DNA from: an uncultured delta proteobacterium
Lineage (GTDB): Bacteria > Desulfobacterota > Binatia > Binatales > Binataceae
Length of the DNA: 64,000 nucleotides
NCBI GenBank assembly: GCA_963711565.1
Contig: CAVQEQ010000003.1
Span: forward strand, 864,001-928,000
Direction: 5' to 3'
This document shows positions 27,148 to 37,009 of the stretch, in pieces. The notes beneath the pieces were generated by a model. That model was not told the DNA's origin. It searched no databases and saw only the letters and a list, made by a program, of their open reading frames with translations. Each line of letters opens with the position of its first letter. Within the stretch, counting starts at the first letter, position 1. Position numbers and translations under genes: made by a program.

Positions 27148-29745
27148 ATGCACAAGCCGCGATTTTTCGATCAATTGGCCATGGAGCTTGGCGATGACGA
27201 GGCCTTCACCGTCGCCTTCGCCCGCGGACGCCGCGCGTTTCAACCTCAACACGTCGAGGCGAAATGGGCGCGCGACCGCGATGCCAACATTAATCACATC
27301 AAGCTCGAAGTCGCGCTCGACTTCGAGGCGAAAAAAATCTCCGGCACCGCGACGCATCGATTGTCCGCGATCGCGGGCCCGCTCGAGCGTCTCGAATTCG
27401 ACGCCGCCGAGTTGGACGTCAAGGCAGTCCGCGCGGCTGGCGAGCCGGCGACGTTCGAGACCTCCGACGGCAAGCTCCGGATCGCGCTGCCGCGCGCGCT
27501 CGGCGCCGGCGAAGAAATCGAGATCGCGATCGATTACGCGGGTCATCCGCGCCGCGGTCTCTACTTTGTAGGTCCCGACGACGGCTATCCGAACAAGCCG
27601 CGGCAGGCGTGGACGCAGGGCGAAGACGAGGACTCGCGCTACTGGTTCCCCTGCTACGACTACCCGAACAATCGTACCACCAGCGAAATGATCGCGACCG
27701 TGCCGGAAAAGTTCACGGCGGTTTCCAACGGCGCCCTGATCGCCACTTCATCCAATGCGGCGGCGAAGACCCGCACGTTTCATTGGCGTCATGACGTGCC
27801 GCACTCGACGTATCTGATCACGCTTGCGGCCGGCGAGTTCGCGCTGATCGAGGAGCGCGCCGGCAATACTCCCGTCACCTACTACGTCGCACCCGGTCGC
27901 GAGGACGACGCGCGCCGCGCGTTCGGCAACACGGCGAAGATGATCCAGTTTTTCGAGCGCGCGATCGGCGTGCCCTATCCTTACGCCAAATATGCGCAGG
28001 TGGCGGTCAGCGATTTTATTTTCGGCGGAATGGAAAATACTTCGGCGACCACGCAGACCGACAGCACGCTGCACGACGCGCGCGCGCATCTCGACTTCAA
28101 GAGCGATCCGCTGGTCGCGCACGAGCTGGCGCATCAATGGTGGGGCGACCTGCTCACCTGCCGCGATTGGGCGCACGCTTGGCTCAACGAAGGCTTCGCG
28201 ACTTATTTCGAGGCGCTCTGGTGCGAGGAGAATCTTGGCGCCGACGAGTTCGCGTGGAACGTGCGCCAGGATCGCGAGGGATATCTCGACGAGGACGCCA
28301 ATCGCTATCGCCGCCCAATCGTGTGCAACCGCTATCGCCATCCGATCGAATTGTTCGATCGCCATCTCTACGAAAAAGGCAGCCTCGTGCTGCACATGCT
28401 GCGGCGGGTCACCGGCGACGAGCTGTTCTTCAAGTCGCTGAATCTCTATTGCACGCGGCATCGCGGCGCCAATGTGATCACGCAGGACTTGCAGCGCGCG
28501 TTCGAGGACGCCACCGGCCGCAACCTCGATTTTTTCTTCGACCAATGGGTGTACAAGGAAGGGCATCCGGAGATCGAAGTCACCAGTTCGTTCGACGACA
28601 AGAAAAAACTGCTGAGCGTCACGGTCAAGCAGACCCACAAAACGGGCGACACGATTGCTTCGGCGTTCAGCTTCCCGGTGACGATCGCGCTGATGGATGC
28701 CGACGGAAAGGAGACGCGCCATCGCGTCGAGATAAAGGAGCGCGAGCAGGGTTTCACGTTTGCGATCGACAAAGCGCCAAAATCAGTCCGCTTCGATCCC
28801 CAGCACGACATCCTGAAGACGCTCAAGCACAAGCGCGGACGCGAAGCGCTCGAGGTTGCGCTGCGCCATGCGCCGGAAGCGATTGGACGCGCCAACGCAG
28901 CGCGCGAACTCGGCAACGAAGGCAGCCCGCAGGCGACCGCGGCATTGCGCGACGCGATGCTCACCGACCGCTTCTGGGGCGTGCAGGCCGACGCGGCGAC
29001 CGCGCTCGGTGCGATTCGCACCACCGCCGCACTCGACGCGCTGATCGAAGGACTCAAGCTGCCGCATCCGAAGGCGCGGCGCGCCGTAGTGCGAGCGCTC
29101 GGCAATTTTCGCGGCGACGCGCGCGCGGCGTCCGCGCTCGCCGATATCGTCGCCGCCGGCGACGCCAGCTACTTTGTCGAGGCCGAGGCGGTGCTCGCGC
29201 TCGGCAAAACGCGCGACGAGCGCGCGTTCGCCCATCTGACGGAAGCGCTGAAGCGCGATTCGTATCTCGACGTGATACGAACGCACGCTATAGCCGGGAT
29301 GGCCGAGCTGCGCGACGAGCGCGCGGTCAACGTCGCGCGCGAATTGTCGGCGTACGGCAAGCCGGCGCGCGCCCGCGTCGCCGCGGTCGGCGCGCTGGCG
29401 CGGTTTGCGGCGCTCAAGGAGAACCGGCGCATCGAAATTCTCGATTTCATGGCGCCGCTCGTCGACGATCGCGAGTTCATGATGCGCATGCGTATCCCGT
29501 CCGCGTTCGCCGAGATTGGCGATCAGCGCGCGCTGCCCGCTCTACATCGGCTCGCGGATCGAGACCTCGACGGCCGCATCGAGCGTCATGCGAACGATGC
29601 GATCGCCTCGATCAGCGAGGGCCGCACTCGCGTCGAGGAGGGCCAGCGGCTGCGCGAAGACCTCGACAAGCTGCGCGACGACAACAAGAAGCTACAGGAG
29701 CGGCTGGAAAAGGTCGAGGCACTCGCACGCGACAAACCGGCCTGA
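27148..29745 (+). CDS. M1 family aminopeptidase with C-terminal HEAT repeats and coiled coil
   Basis: GGMEN, HELAHQWWG, WLNEGFA, YEKG; HEAT-like repeats (AARELG, AATALG, VVRALG); start MHKP. Confidence 0.93.
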   Translation: MHKPRFFDQLAMELGDDEAFTVAFARGRRAFQPQHVEAKWARDRDANINHIKLEVALDFEAKKISGTATHRLSAIAGPLERLEFDAAELDVKAVRAAGEPATFETSDGKLRIALPRALGAGEEIEIAIDYAGHPRRGLYFVGPDDGYPNKPRQAWTQGEDEDSRYWFPCYDYPNNRTTSEMIATVPEKFTAVSNGALIATSSNAAAKTRTFHWRHDVPHSTYLITLAAGEFALIEERAGNTPVTYYVAPGREDDARRAFGNTAKMIQFFERAIGVPYPYAKYAQVAVSDFIFGGMENTSATTQTDSTLHDARAHLDFKSDPLVAHELAHQWWGDLLTCRDWAHAWLNEGFATYFEALWCEENLGADEFAWNVRQDREGYLDEDANRYRRPIVCNRYRHPIELFDRHLYEKGSLVLHMLRRVTGDELFFKSLNLYCTRHRGANVITQDLQRAFEDATGRNLDFFFDQWVYKEGHPEIEVTSSFDDKKKLLSVTVKQTHKTGDTIASAFSFPVTIALMDADGKETRHRVEIKEREQGFTFAIDKAPKSVRFDPQHDILKTLKHKRGREALEVALRHAPEAIGRANAARELGNEGSPQATAALRDAMLTDRFWGVQADAATALGAIRTTAALDALIEGLKLPHPKARRAVVRALGNFRGDARAASALADIVAAGDASYFVEAEAVLALGKTRDERAFAHLTEALKRDSYLDVIRTHAIAGMAELRDERAVNVARELSAYGKPARARVAAVGALARFAALKENRRIEILDFMAPLVDDREFMMRMRIPSAFAEIGDQRALPALHRLADRDLDGRIERHANDAIASISEGRTRVEEGQRLREDLDKLRDDNKKLQERLEKVEALARDKPA

Positions 29746-29962
29746 TTGCCTGCTCCGTCGGCTTGCTCTTCTTGGTACAAACGCCATCATTCTGCCGATT
29801 ATTGTGGCTGATGGCTATCTTAGCCTCCTTTTGTTATCCCCCTAGGCACTACTCTCTATTTCTCGCGTTTAAGCGTGTTGTCAGAAGCCAGCCCGCGTGA
29901 TACTTCACCTACACTTTCACTCGTTCAAGTACCGGGCCTCGAGGGATTGGGGGAGGTTTCAG

Positions 29963-31135
29963 ATGAAGCGCGCAGTGTTGTCGCTGTTGTTGGTCGTGGC
30001 GGCGGGCTTGGTCAGTTTAGCGTCGCCAGCATTTGCCCAGGACGCCATACCAATCACCCAGCCTCTACGAGGCTACTACACCTACGGAAAACATAGCGGC
30101 GTCTCTGCTGAAGCGGCGTTGAGCGGGGCCGCGGCCGCAACCACGGTTCCTATGGGGCTGTACGCGGTTACCTCGAGCCGGGACGACAACCGATACTCCG
30201 GCGTGATCGTGGGGCGCAGCCCGTTTTTCCATGGGAGCAGAACGATCAGCGTTCCTACCTTTATCGTCCCGGTAAAGGTGCATATGCCCGGTGGGGCCGT
30301 CTTCGATCCCGGGGTAGCCGACTCGAGTTGCCTCGGCGGTAAGGTCCCGACCACGGTGACGCAAAATTCGCCGTTATTTCAGTCGGTCGCCTTCACGATG
30401 AACGGCGTAAGCATTGGCACGACTCAGTATGCCGACGCTTTCCTGCGGGCGGAATTCTGGAAGAACGTATCCGTCACGGGAAATCGCTTCCACATGACGC
30501 TTAGCCCGATTACGACCTTGGCCGAGCAAACGTTCGATGTGCCGACCGGTGAGGGTGCGAGCTTCAATGACGAAGAATGCGACAACCTCGGAATCATCGA
30601 TTACAACACCTGGGACAGTTACGTCCAGGGTACACTCATTCCTTTTGTGGCTGCTCACGGCGGAGGCACAACGTCCTTCCCGCTATTCGTGCTCTACAAC
30701 GTGGTGATGGCAGACCCCTATGTGTCCGGGACCAGCGACAACTGCTGCATCCTCGGCTATCACAACTCGTTCGCAAGCCCGGTGCAGACCTACGGGGTGG
30801 CGGACTTCGACAGCAACGGAGGATTCTCGGGGGTCGCGGACGTCTCCGGCATGAGTCACGAGGTCAACGAATGGGTGAACGATCCACTCGGCAACAATCC
30901 AACGCCTGCCTGGGGACATATCGGTCAAGTGAGCGGTTGTCAGGGCAACTTTGAGGTGGGAGATCCGTTGAGCGGCACGCTCTTTCCGTCTGTGACACTA
31001 AGCAGCTTCACTTACCACCTGCAGGAACTCGCGTTCTTTTCCTGGTTCTATGGGAGTCCTTCGATCGGCACAGGCACCACCGAGTTTTCCGACAACGACA
31101 CCTTTACGTCGGATGCAGGCTCGGTATGCGAGTAG
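29963..31135 (+). CDS. Secreted hypothetical protein with GYH / HExxE..DP / EVGD motifs
   Basis: Signal peptide ending AFA; CCILGYHNS, SHEVNEWVNDP, FEVGDP; GGGAGG RBS. Confidence 0.8.
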   Translation: MKRAVLSLLLVVAAGLVSLASPAFAQDAIPITQPLRGYYTYGKHSGVSAEAALSGAAAATTVPMGLYAVTSSRDDNRYSGVIVGRSPFFHGSRTISVPTFIVPVKVHMPGGAVFDPGVADSSCLGGKVPTTVTQNSPLFQSVAFTMNGVSIGTTQYADAFLRAEFWKNVSVTGNRFHMTLSPITTLAEQTFDVPTGEGASFNDEECDNLGIIDYNTWDSYVQGTLIPFVAAHGGGTTSFPLFVLYNVVMADPYVSGTSDNCCILGYHNSFASPVQTYGVADFDSNGGFSGVADVSGMSHEVNEWVNDPLGNNPTPAWGHIGQVSGCQGNFEVGDPLSGTLFPSVTLSSFTYHLQELAFFSWFYGSPSIGTGTTEFSDNDTFTSDAGSVCE

Positions 31136-31167
31136 AACTTCGCGCACGCGGACGGAGGATTCACGCG

Positions 31168-32283
31168 ATGGGGGCGTCAATACATAAGCGTAGCTTGCGC
31201 GGCCTTGGCGCCGCGATAATTCTAATCCTGTTGGCGACGAGCGCGGCGCGCGCGGACAGTGTTAGCGTCGTGACCAGCCTCGGCGCGCTGGGCGCCAGTG
31301 ATACGATCGTGTGGTCACAATTGGGCGCCGATGCGACCGAGATAACCGCCAGTCCCAGTTTCACTTCCGCCAACGGATTGACCGGCTCCGTTTCCCTGTT
31401 GGGTCCGAACAGCCTCGTCGCGGTGGTATGCCCTGAGACGTTATGCAGTTGGAACCTGCTTAGCCTGAGTGGATTCAGCGCAGGCGACAGTTTGATCTGG
31501 ACCGCAGATACCGGCAACAGCGGCAACGGACCGCTGACCCTGAACTTCACATCGAGGAACGTCTCGGGTGCCGGCGCATTCATACAGTCGGACGCCCCCG
31601 CTCAATTCACGGCGCAGATAGAGGCGTTCAACGGCGAAACTTCTCTCGGGACATTCACCGAAACCAGTGATGTCAGCGGCGACGCCATCTTCATCGGCGT
31701 CCTCGATAGGACCGGCGCCAACATCACCAGTGTTGTCTTCAGCACTATCCCGGTGTCTTCAGCGCCGAGTTGCGCAGGTGATTGCGCCGACTTCGCGATC
31801 GATACGGTATCGTTGAAGGTACCGGGCGGCCCGACACCTACTCCAACTGCGACTTCGACCAGCGCCACGCCGACGCCGACTGCAACCGCTACTCGCACAG
31901 CGACGCCGACCCCGACGGCGACGCCCACCCCGGTTCCCGGACGGTTGACGATCAAGCCGGGCAGCAAGAACTTCGGCAAAGTGAAGGTAGACCATATCAA
32001 ATCGTTCTCATTCACACTCAGCAACTCGGCCAAGAGCGGACCGCCGATCACCTTCGCAAGCCCGATAGCATTTTCGGTTCCGGCGAGCAGCCCGCAGGTA
32101 TTCGGGTTCCCACAGTCGGGCGTCACGACCTGCCCTCAGCAGCTCCTACCGAAGAAAAAGTGCAAGTTGACCGTGCTATTCGAACCGGCCTCGAAGGGTC
32201 AGCAGCCTTCGTCGGCGATAACCGTCTTCGACAACGCGACAGGCAACCCCCAGACGATTCCGCTAAGCGGGTCCGGGAAGTAG
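31168..32283 (+). CDS. Secreted/surface protein: beta-rich domain, Pro/Thr linker, C-terminal ASH (choice-of-anchor D)-like Ig domain
   Basis: Signal peptide ending ARA; PTPTPTAT linker; NFGKVKV..TLSN..C...L.PKKKC..TV.F.P..IPLSGSG. Confidence 0.8.
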   Translation: MGASIHKRSLRGLGAAIILILLATSAARADSVSVVTSLGALGASDTIVWSQLGADATEITASPSFTSANGLTGSVSLLGPNSLVAVVCPETLCSWNLLSLSGFSAGDSLIWTADTGNSGNGPLTLNFTSRNVSGAGAFIQSDAPAQFTAQIEAFNGETSLGTFTETSDVSGDAIFIGVLDRTGANITSVVFSTIPVSSAPSCAGDCADFAIDTVSLKVPGGPTPTPTATSTSATPTPTATATRTATPTPTATPTPVPGRLTIKPGSKNFGKVKVDHIKSFSFTLSNSAKSGPPITFASPIAFSVPASSPQVFGFPQSGVTTCPQQLLPKKKCKLTVLFEPASKGQQPSSAITVFDNATGNPQTIPLSGSGK

Positions 32284-32308
32284 CGCTGGCGTTCTCTCCA
32301 CGAGCCTC

Positions 32309-32350
32309 AAAAGAAAGCGGCGGACCACATGGTCCGCCGCTTTCTGTTTT
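32309..32350. terminator. Bidirectional Rho-independent terminator
   Basis: AGAAAGCGGCGGACCA-ca-TGGTCCGCCGCTTTCT flanked by A and T runs between convergent genes. Confidence 0.85.
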
Positions 32351-32371
32351 GGTCGGCGCGCAGTGGTGTGC

Positions 32372-33799
32372 TTACGCGTCGTAGTAGAGCGCGAATTCGT
32401 ACGGATGGGGCCGCAACCGAATCGCGCTGACTTCGTTCGCCATCTTGTAATCAATCCAGGTCTCGATCAGGTCCTCGGTGAACACGTCGCCCTTGAGCAG
32501 GAACTCGTGATCTTTCTTCAGGTTGCCCAGTGATTCCTCGAGCGACGCGGGCATGCTCGGCACCTCGGCGAGCTCGGCCGGCGTGAGTGCGTAGATGTCC
32601 TTGTCGAGCGGCTGTCCGGGATCGAGCTTGCGCTGGATCCCGTCGATTCCCGCCATCAGCATCGCGGAGAACGCGAGATACGGATTGCAGGTCGGGTCGG
32701 GGAAGCGTACTTCGATTCGCTTCGCCTTCGGCGACGGCGAGTACATCGGGATTCGCACCGAGGCCGAGCGGTTGCGTGACGAATACGCCAGGTTGATCGG
32801 CGCCTCGAAGCCCGGCACCAGCCGCCGGTACGAGTTCGTCCCCGGATTGGTGAAGGCCGCGATTGTCGGCGCGTGATGCAGGATGCCCGCGATGTAGTGC
32901 ATCCCAAGTTCCGACATCCCGGCGTAGCCGCTGCCAGCGAACAGCGGCGTCTCACCCTTCCAGATGCTCTGATGGGTGTGCATGCCGGTGCCGTTGTCGC
33001 CGAAAATCGGTTTGGGCATGAAGGTGGCCGTCATCCCGTGGCGGACCGCGACGTTCTTGACGATGTATTTGTACCAGGTCAGCCAGTCGGCCATTTTGGT
33101 CAGCGTCTGAAACCGCATGTCGATTTCGGCCTGGCCCGCGGTGGCGACTTCGTGATGCTGTTTCTCGACGCGGATTCCGACCCGCTCCATCTCGAGCACC
33201 ATCTCGGTGCGGATGTCCTGCAGGGTGTCCACCGGCGGCACGGGGAAGTAGCCGGCCTTGTTCTTGACCTTGAAACCGAGGTTCGCGCCTTCCTTGACGG
33301 CGCCCTCGCGCCCGCTGTTCCAGTTACCTTCGTTCGAATCGATGTAGTAGTAGCTCGCATTCTGCGTGGTGTCGTAGCGCAGCGAGTCGAAGATGAAAAA
33401 CTCCGGCTCGGGCCCAAAGAACGCCGAGTCGCCGATGCCGGTGGTCTTCAAGTAGGCCTCGGCCTTGCGCGAGATATTACGCGGGTCGCGCGTGTAATCG
33501 GCGCGGGTGATGGGATCGGAGATGTTGGCGATGATGCTCAGCGTCGGATCCTTGGTGAAAGGATCCATCACCGCAGTGTCTGGATCAGGAATCACCAGCA
33601 TGTCGCTGTTGTCGATCGCCTGCCATCCGCGAATCGACGAGCCGTCGAAGCCCAGCCCTTCATCGAACGGCGCTTCATCTTTGAACTCGGAGATCGGGGC
33701 AGTGAAATGCTGCCACGTGCCGAGCAGGTCGATGAATTTCACATCGACCATCACCACGCCCTTTTCCTTGATCATTGCCAATACTTGTTTTGGCGTCAT
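32372..33799 (-). CDS. glnA: Glutamine synthetase type I
   Basis: [58 protein letters not shown] adenylylation site. Confidence 0.98.
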   Translation of the reverse strand: MTPKQVLAMIKEKGVVMVDVKFIDLLGTWQHFTAPISEFKDEAPFDEGLGFDGSSIRGWQAIDNSDMLVIPDPDTAVMDPFTKDPTLSIIANISDPITRADYTRDPRNISRKAEAYLKTTGIGDSAFFGPEPEFFIFDSLRYDTTQNASYYYIDSNEGNWNSGREGAVKEGANLGFKVKNKAGYFPVPPVDTLQDIRTEMVLEMERVGIRVEKQHHEVATAGQAEIDMRFQTLTKMADWLTWYKYIVKNVAVRHGMTATFMPKPIFGDNGTGMHTHQSIWKGETPLFAGSGYAGMSELGMHYIAGILHHAPTIAAFTNPGTNSYRRLVPGFEAPINLAYSSRNRSASVRIPMYSPSPKAKRIEVRFPDPTCNPYLAFSAMLMAGIDGIQRKLDPGQPLDKDIYALTPAELAEVPSMPASLEESLGNLKKDHEFLLKGDVFTEDLIETWIDYKMANEVSAIRLRPHPYEFALYYDA

Positions 33800-34009
33800 C
33801 GAAGCCGTAACCCTCCTAGCCGCTTAACGGGGCGGCGTATTTGTACCTGATGGTTGATCGATTTCTGAATCTCGTTTTCTGTCACGAAAGCTTCCCGAAC
33901 GCAACGCCCATCCAGTAGGCAGTTGACGCATACTCAAGCAGCTTCGAGTCCTGCATCACTCGCGCATCCCTCAAGGAACCCGTGCATTCTGCAAGCATTT
34001 TTCCCCAAA

Positions 34010-35023
34010 TCAGCCCAGCAGCTTGATAAAAGCAAAATAAATGCCGAGCATGACCAGTCCCATCGGCACACCGACCTTCGCCCACGCTGCGCTCCCGATT
34101 CTAAGCGCGCCCGCGCTGACGATGTTGGGAATGTTGCCGGGTATTAGCATCCCACCCGAAACCAGCAGCGATAGAATCGCCTCCCGCGCGCGCGGCAGCG
34201 TCATGCTATGTACCTCGAGCGCGACCAGCGTTGCGTTGTCGAGCGCGGCCGACACCGTGTTGGCCCAGAACAGAAGATCGTTGCTCATCTTGCTGACGTA
34301 CTCGTTCGCGATAGGGCCGTAAGCGTGGCTGATCATCACCAGCCCCGCGATGAACGCAAAGACCTTGCCCGCCTGAACGAAAATCGTCGTGTAGGATTGG
34401 CGTACGTGCATACCCGCCGGCGCTTCCTCGTACTCACCGCGGGCAAACGCGCCGGCGACGATCGAACTCGCCAGCACGCCCGGAAATACCCACGGCGCCA
34501 GCAGCTCGAACAACCCAAGGAAGTGCAGATCGAGCGCCCGTGCGGCCAGCGTCGAGAGCGGCTCGCCCAGCGGCGTCAGCGCCGCGCCCATGCCAATCGC
34601 GAAGCATCCCGCGACTGTCACGCGCACCCGCTTGTCGCCGGCGAAGTGCAGCAGCCCAATCACCTCGATCAGCACCAGCGCGCCGACGATCGCCGTGATG
34701 ATGCTCGAGATGGACGCGATTACAAACACCGACGCTGCCGTCAGTACCGGTCGCGATACTCGGCTTCGCAGCCGCCTGAAGACGCGGTCGAGCCCCGGCC
34801 GCGTCCATCCGAACAGCAGCGCCGCGACTATCACGGCGACGCTGATGGCGACGGGCTCATGCAACGCCTCGAGAATCAACTCGCGCGTAAAGCCGGTGCC
34901 CAGCAGCGTCGCGAGCACGCCGAGCGCGAGGCAGTACAGCTCGATGTTGTGTTCGATCTTCGCGACGGCGAGCGGGCCGAAGAGCAGCAGGACGAGAATT
35001 ACGACGGCGGACGTATGATTCAT
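34010..35023 (-). CDS. DUF1646 family membrane protein (putative ion-transporter superfamily)
   Basis: IEHNIELY, SSIITAI, FAIGMGAALTPLGEPLST, SAALDNATL, SGGMLIPGNIPNIV; start MNHTS. Confidence 0.82.
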   Translation of the reverse strand: MNHTSAVVILVLLLFGPLAVAKIEHNIELYCLALGVLATLLGTGFTRELILEALHEPVAISVAVIVAALLFGWTRPGLDRVFRRLRSRVSRPVLTAASVFVIASISSIITAIVGALVLIEVIGLLHFAGDKRVRVTVAGCFAIGMGAALTPLGEPLSTLAARALDLHFLGLFELLAPWVFPGVLASSIVAGAFARGEYEEAPAGMHVRQSYTTIFVQAGKVFAFIAGLVMISHAYGPIANEYVSKMSNDLLFWANTVSAALDNATLVALEVHSMTLPRAREAILSLLVSGGMLIPGNIPNIVSAGALRIGSAAWAKVGVPMGLVMLGIYFAFIKLLG

Positions 35024-35083
35024 GATCGGCGCGCGAACAACTATCACGCCGGGCTCGCATGCATCCAGCGTCTCGCGATTGTT

Positions 35084-35119
35084 CCCCTTCCCTCGAGGGA
35101 AGGCGTTAGGGATCAGGTT
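35084..35119 (+). repeat. REP-like palindrome, CCCCTTCCC..GGGAAGG family
   Basis: ccccttccctcgagggaaggcgttagggatcaggtt, similar to 43084-43120. Confidence 0.65.
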
Positions 35120-35158
35120 GCTGAAGGGAAGATAAGGCAGCGGTTCTCTCCGCAAGCC

Positions 35159-35199
35159 AAAAAGAGAAGCGGCGGGTCCGGTTTTCGGACCCGCCGCTT
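35159..35199 (-). terminator. Rho-independent terminator of the porin gene
   Basis: AAGCGGCGGGTCCG-aaaac-CGGACCCGCCGCTT followed by CTCTTTTT on the minus strand. Confidence 0.8.
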
Positions 35200-35236
35200 G
35201 GCGCATCGCTGCGCGATTGATTTCCTCCCCCGAGCG

Positions 35237-36709
35237 TTAGAAGGCGTAAATGATATTGGCCGCCAGGGTGTCCTGCCCGTGCCACAGATGCTGCCCCGCA
35301 TAAGGCGCCGGTGGGGAACTGCTCACGAAATTGTTGTTGGTGAACGCATTCTGACTTGAATTGTCATGACGGTATTCCAGACGCGCGATCAGTCCCGTCA
35401 CTTCCGGTATCTTGTAGCTAAGTGTCTGGGTGATCTCCCACAGCGTCTGTGCCTGGCCGTCGGTGCGCGCTCCGTCCTCGTCGTCGAAGAATTCGGCGCG
35501 GGTTGCCGCTTCCAGCGCAGGATTGAAATCGTACACCACGTATCCCGCCGCACCCTGCCACGTAGCGCTGTGACCGTTGATCACAGGGCCACTCTGGGAC
35601 GCGTACAGGTACTCGGCTTGCAGCGTCAGGTTAGGTACGAACGACGGCTTCCAGGTCGCGATCGGATCGATCGCGCCCAAGTTGGAATCGGACTTGCTGA
35701 CTCCGGTGTTGGCGGGCTGAACATTCGGGCCATAAATGCCATTGACCACGAGGCTCAGCGACTTGTCCTTGTTGTTGAGTGTGAGTTCACCTTCAACGTT
35801 CGGACCGCCGTTTGAGTTGGCCTGTGGATCATCCCAGCCGTTGTTCAGACCAGCGGTGGCCGATACATAATCGTTGAACGTGTAGCTGGCGCGTACGCCG
35901 GTATGCGTGAGCGGTTCGCCCAGGGTAAACAGCAGGCCGCGGCTCTCGTTGAAGTTCTGATTGTTGTAAACCGGAATGACCTCGGCGCCCAGCAGCGTTA
36001 CGAAACGGCCGGCTTGAAAATTCACGCCCGATCCAAACGGCGCGGTGTAAGTCAGGTAGTACTGCGTCGGATCGAACCATTGCGGCCCGACGTGTCCTAC
36101 GTTCGAGTAATTGGTGCCCGCGGAAATCGAGTTCGCGACCTGGCCGAAATTCAGGTCGGTGACGAATCCAACGGTCCCATCGCGCTCGATGTGCAGATTG
36201 CCCTGCGTGAGCGTAAATCCGTCCTCGTCCCATGCGCGGAAGGTGTTGGTGTTGCCGTTGGGCTGATTGAAGTTATGCTCGTAGCCGGCATCCACCAGCG
36301 CATGAACGCTGATACCAAGATTATCAGAGAGGTTCTTCTGGATCGCGGCGATGTTGGTCTCGGCCAGGCCGACATGCTGGCCGATTGTGGTCGGCGACGC
36401 GGATGCCGCCGGCTGTGCGACAACCATCGCTGCTTCTATCTTTTTCACTTCGCTGGTTGTGTCGTCTGTCTGTTTCTGCAGATTGCCAACCTGCCCGGCT
36501 AGTTGATTGAGCCGCTCCTCCTCGTCGGGCCCGCCGGCGGGTGTAGTTGAGGTGGTCGTGCTGACCACGTGGTGATGATGCCTGTGGGTCGTCGTCGTCG
36601 TTGTCGCTGTCTGTGCCCAGGCTTTCGCATTGCACAGCATCCCGAGCACCGCGACGCCGACCACCAGGCGAAGCCAAGCAACGCCCCGAGTCGTACTCGT
36701 TCTATTCAC
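35237..36709 (-). CDS. Outer-membrane beta-barrel porin (BBP2/DUF1597-like)
   Basis: Signal peptide, coiled coil, QYYLTY, GRFVTLLGAEVI, P.THTGVR, NNGWD, RLEYRHD, C-terminal YAF; GTG start after GGGAGGAG. Confidence 0.85.
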   Translation of the reverse strand: MNRTSTTRGVAWLRLVVGVAVLGMLCNAKAWAQTATTTTTTHRHHHHVVSTTTSTTPAGGPDEEERLNQLAGQVGNLQKQTDDTTSEVKKIEAAMVVAQPAASASPTTIGQHVGLAETNIAAIQKNLSDNLGISVHALVDAGYEHNFNQPNGNTNTFRAWDEDGFTLTQGNLHIERDGTVGFVTDLNFGQVANSISAGTNYSNVGHVGPQWFDPTQYYLTYTAPFGSGVNFQAGRFVTLLGAEVIPVYNNQNFNESRGLLFTLGEPLTHTGVRASYTFNDYVSATAGLNNGWDDPQANSNGGPNVEGELTLNNKDKSLSLVVNGIYGPNVQPANTGVSKSDSNLGAIDPIATWKPSFVPNLTLQAEYLYASQSGPVINGHSATWQGAAGYVVYDFNPALEAATRAEFFDDEDGARTDGQAQTLWEITQTLSYKIPEVTGLIARLEYRHDNSSQNAFTNNNFVSSSPPAPYAGQHLWHGQDTLAANIIYAF

Positions 36710-36797
36710 TATCTCCTCCCTCCGAGATGCGCGGCCCCTCGCCGCGGCTTCCTGCGCCCACACGTAGTGGGCTACGGTGATTAACCGGCTGCCTTGG

Positions 36798-36904
36798 TTA
36801 CAAGATTCATACCGGTGTATTAATTGAACGATGTCGAAATTCCTTTGTAGAGATAAGGACTTTCGGCCATCGGTCAGTGATTGGTGATGCCCGTATGGAA
36901 TGCA
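36798..36904 (-). promoter_or_regulatory. Possible sigma54 promoter plus NtrC-like upstream site for the porin
   Basis: CGGTATGAATCTTGTAA (GG-N10-GT, imperfect -12) at 36814-36798; TGC-N11-GCA 17-mer at 36888-36904, about 100 bp upstream of the predicted TSS. Confidence 0.4.
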
Positions 36905-37009
36905 TTTGCCGGGTGATTAATCAGATTCGAGCTAGCAGAGTCAAGATACCCCTCTGCGGCGGCATCTCGTGAAGGGCGCATGACCGCATCATTATGAGAC
37001 TGTAAGAAC

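Noticed and set aside
28137-29900. 587-aa alternative-frame ORF within the aminopeptidase
   Set aside because: Arg/Ala-rich off-frame shadow with no domain signal
31828-31938. Tandem ACGCCG-like repeats
   Set aside because: Explained by the Pro/Thr linker coding sequence
33800-34009. Glutamine (glnA) riboswitch
   Set aside because: I could not match the conserved motif by eye; needs an Rfam scan
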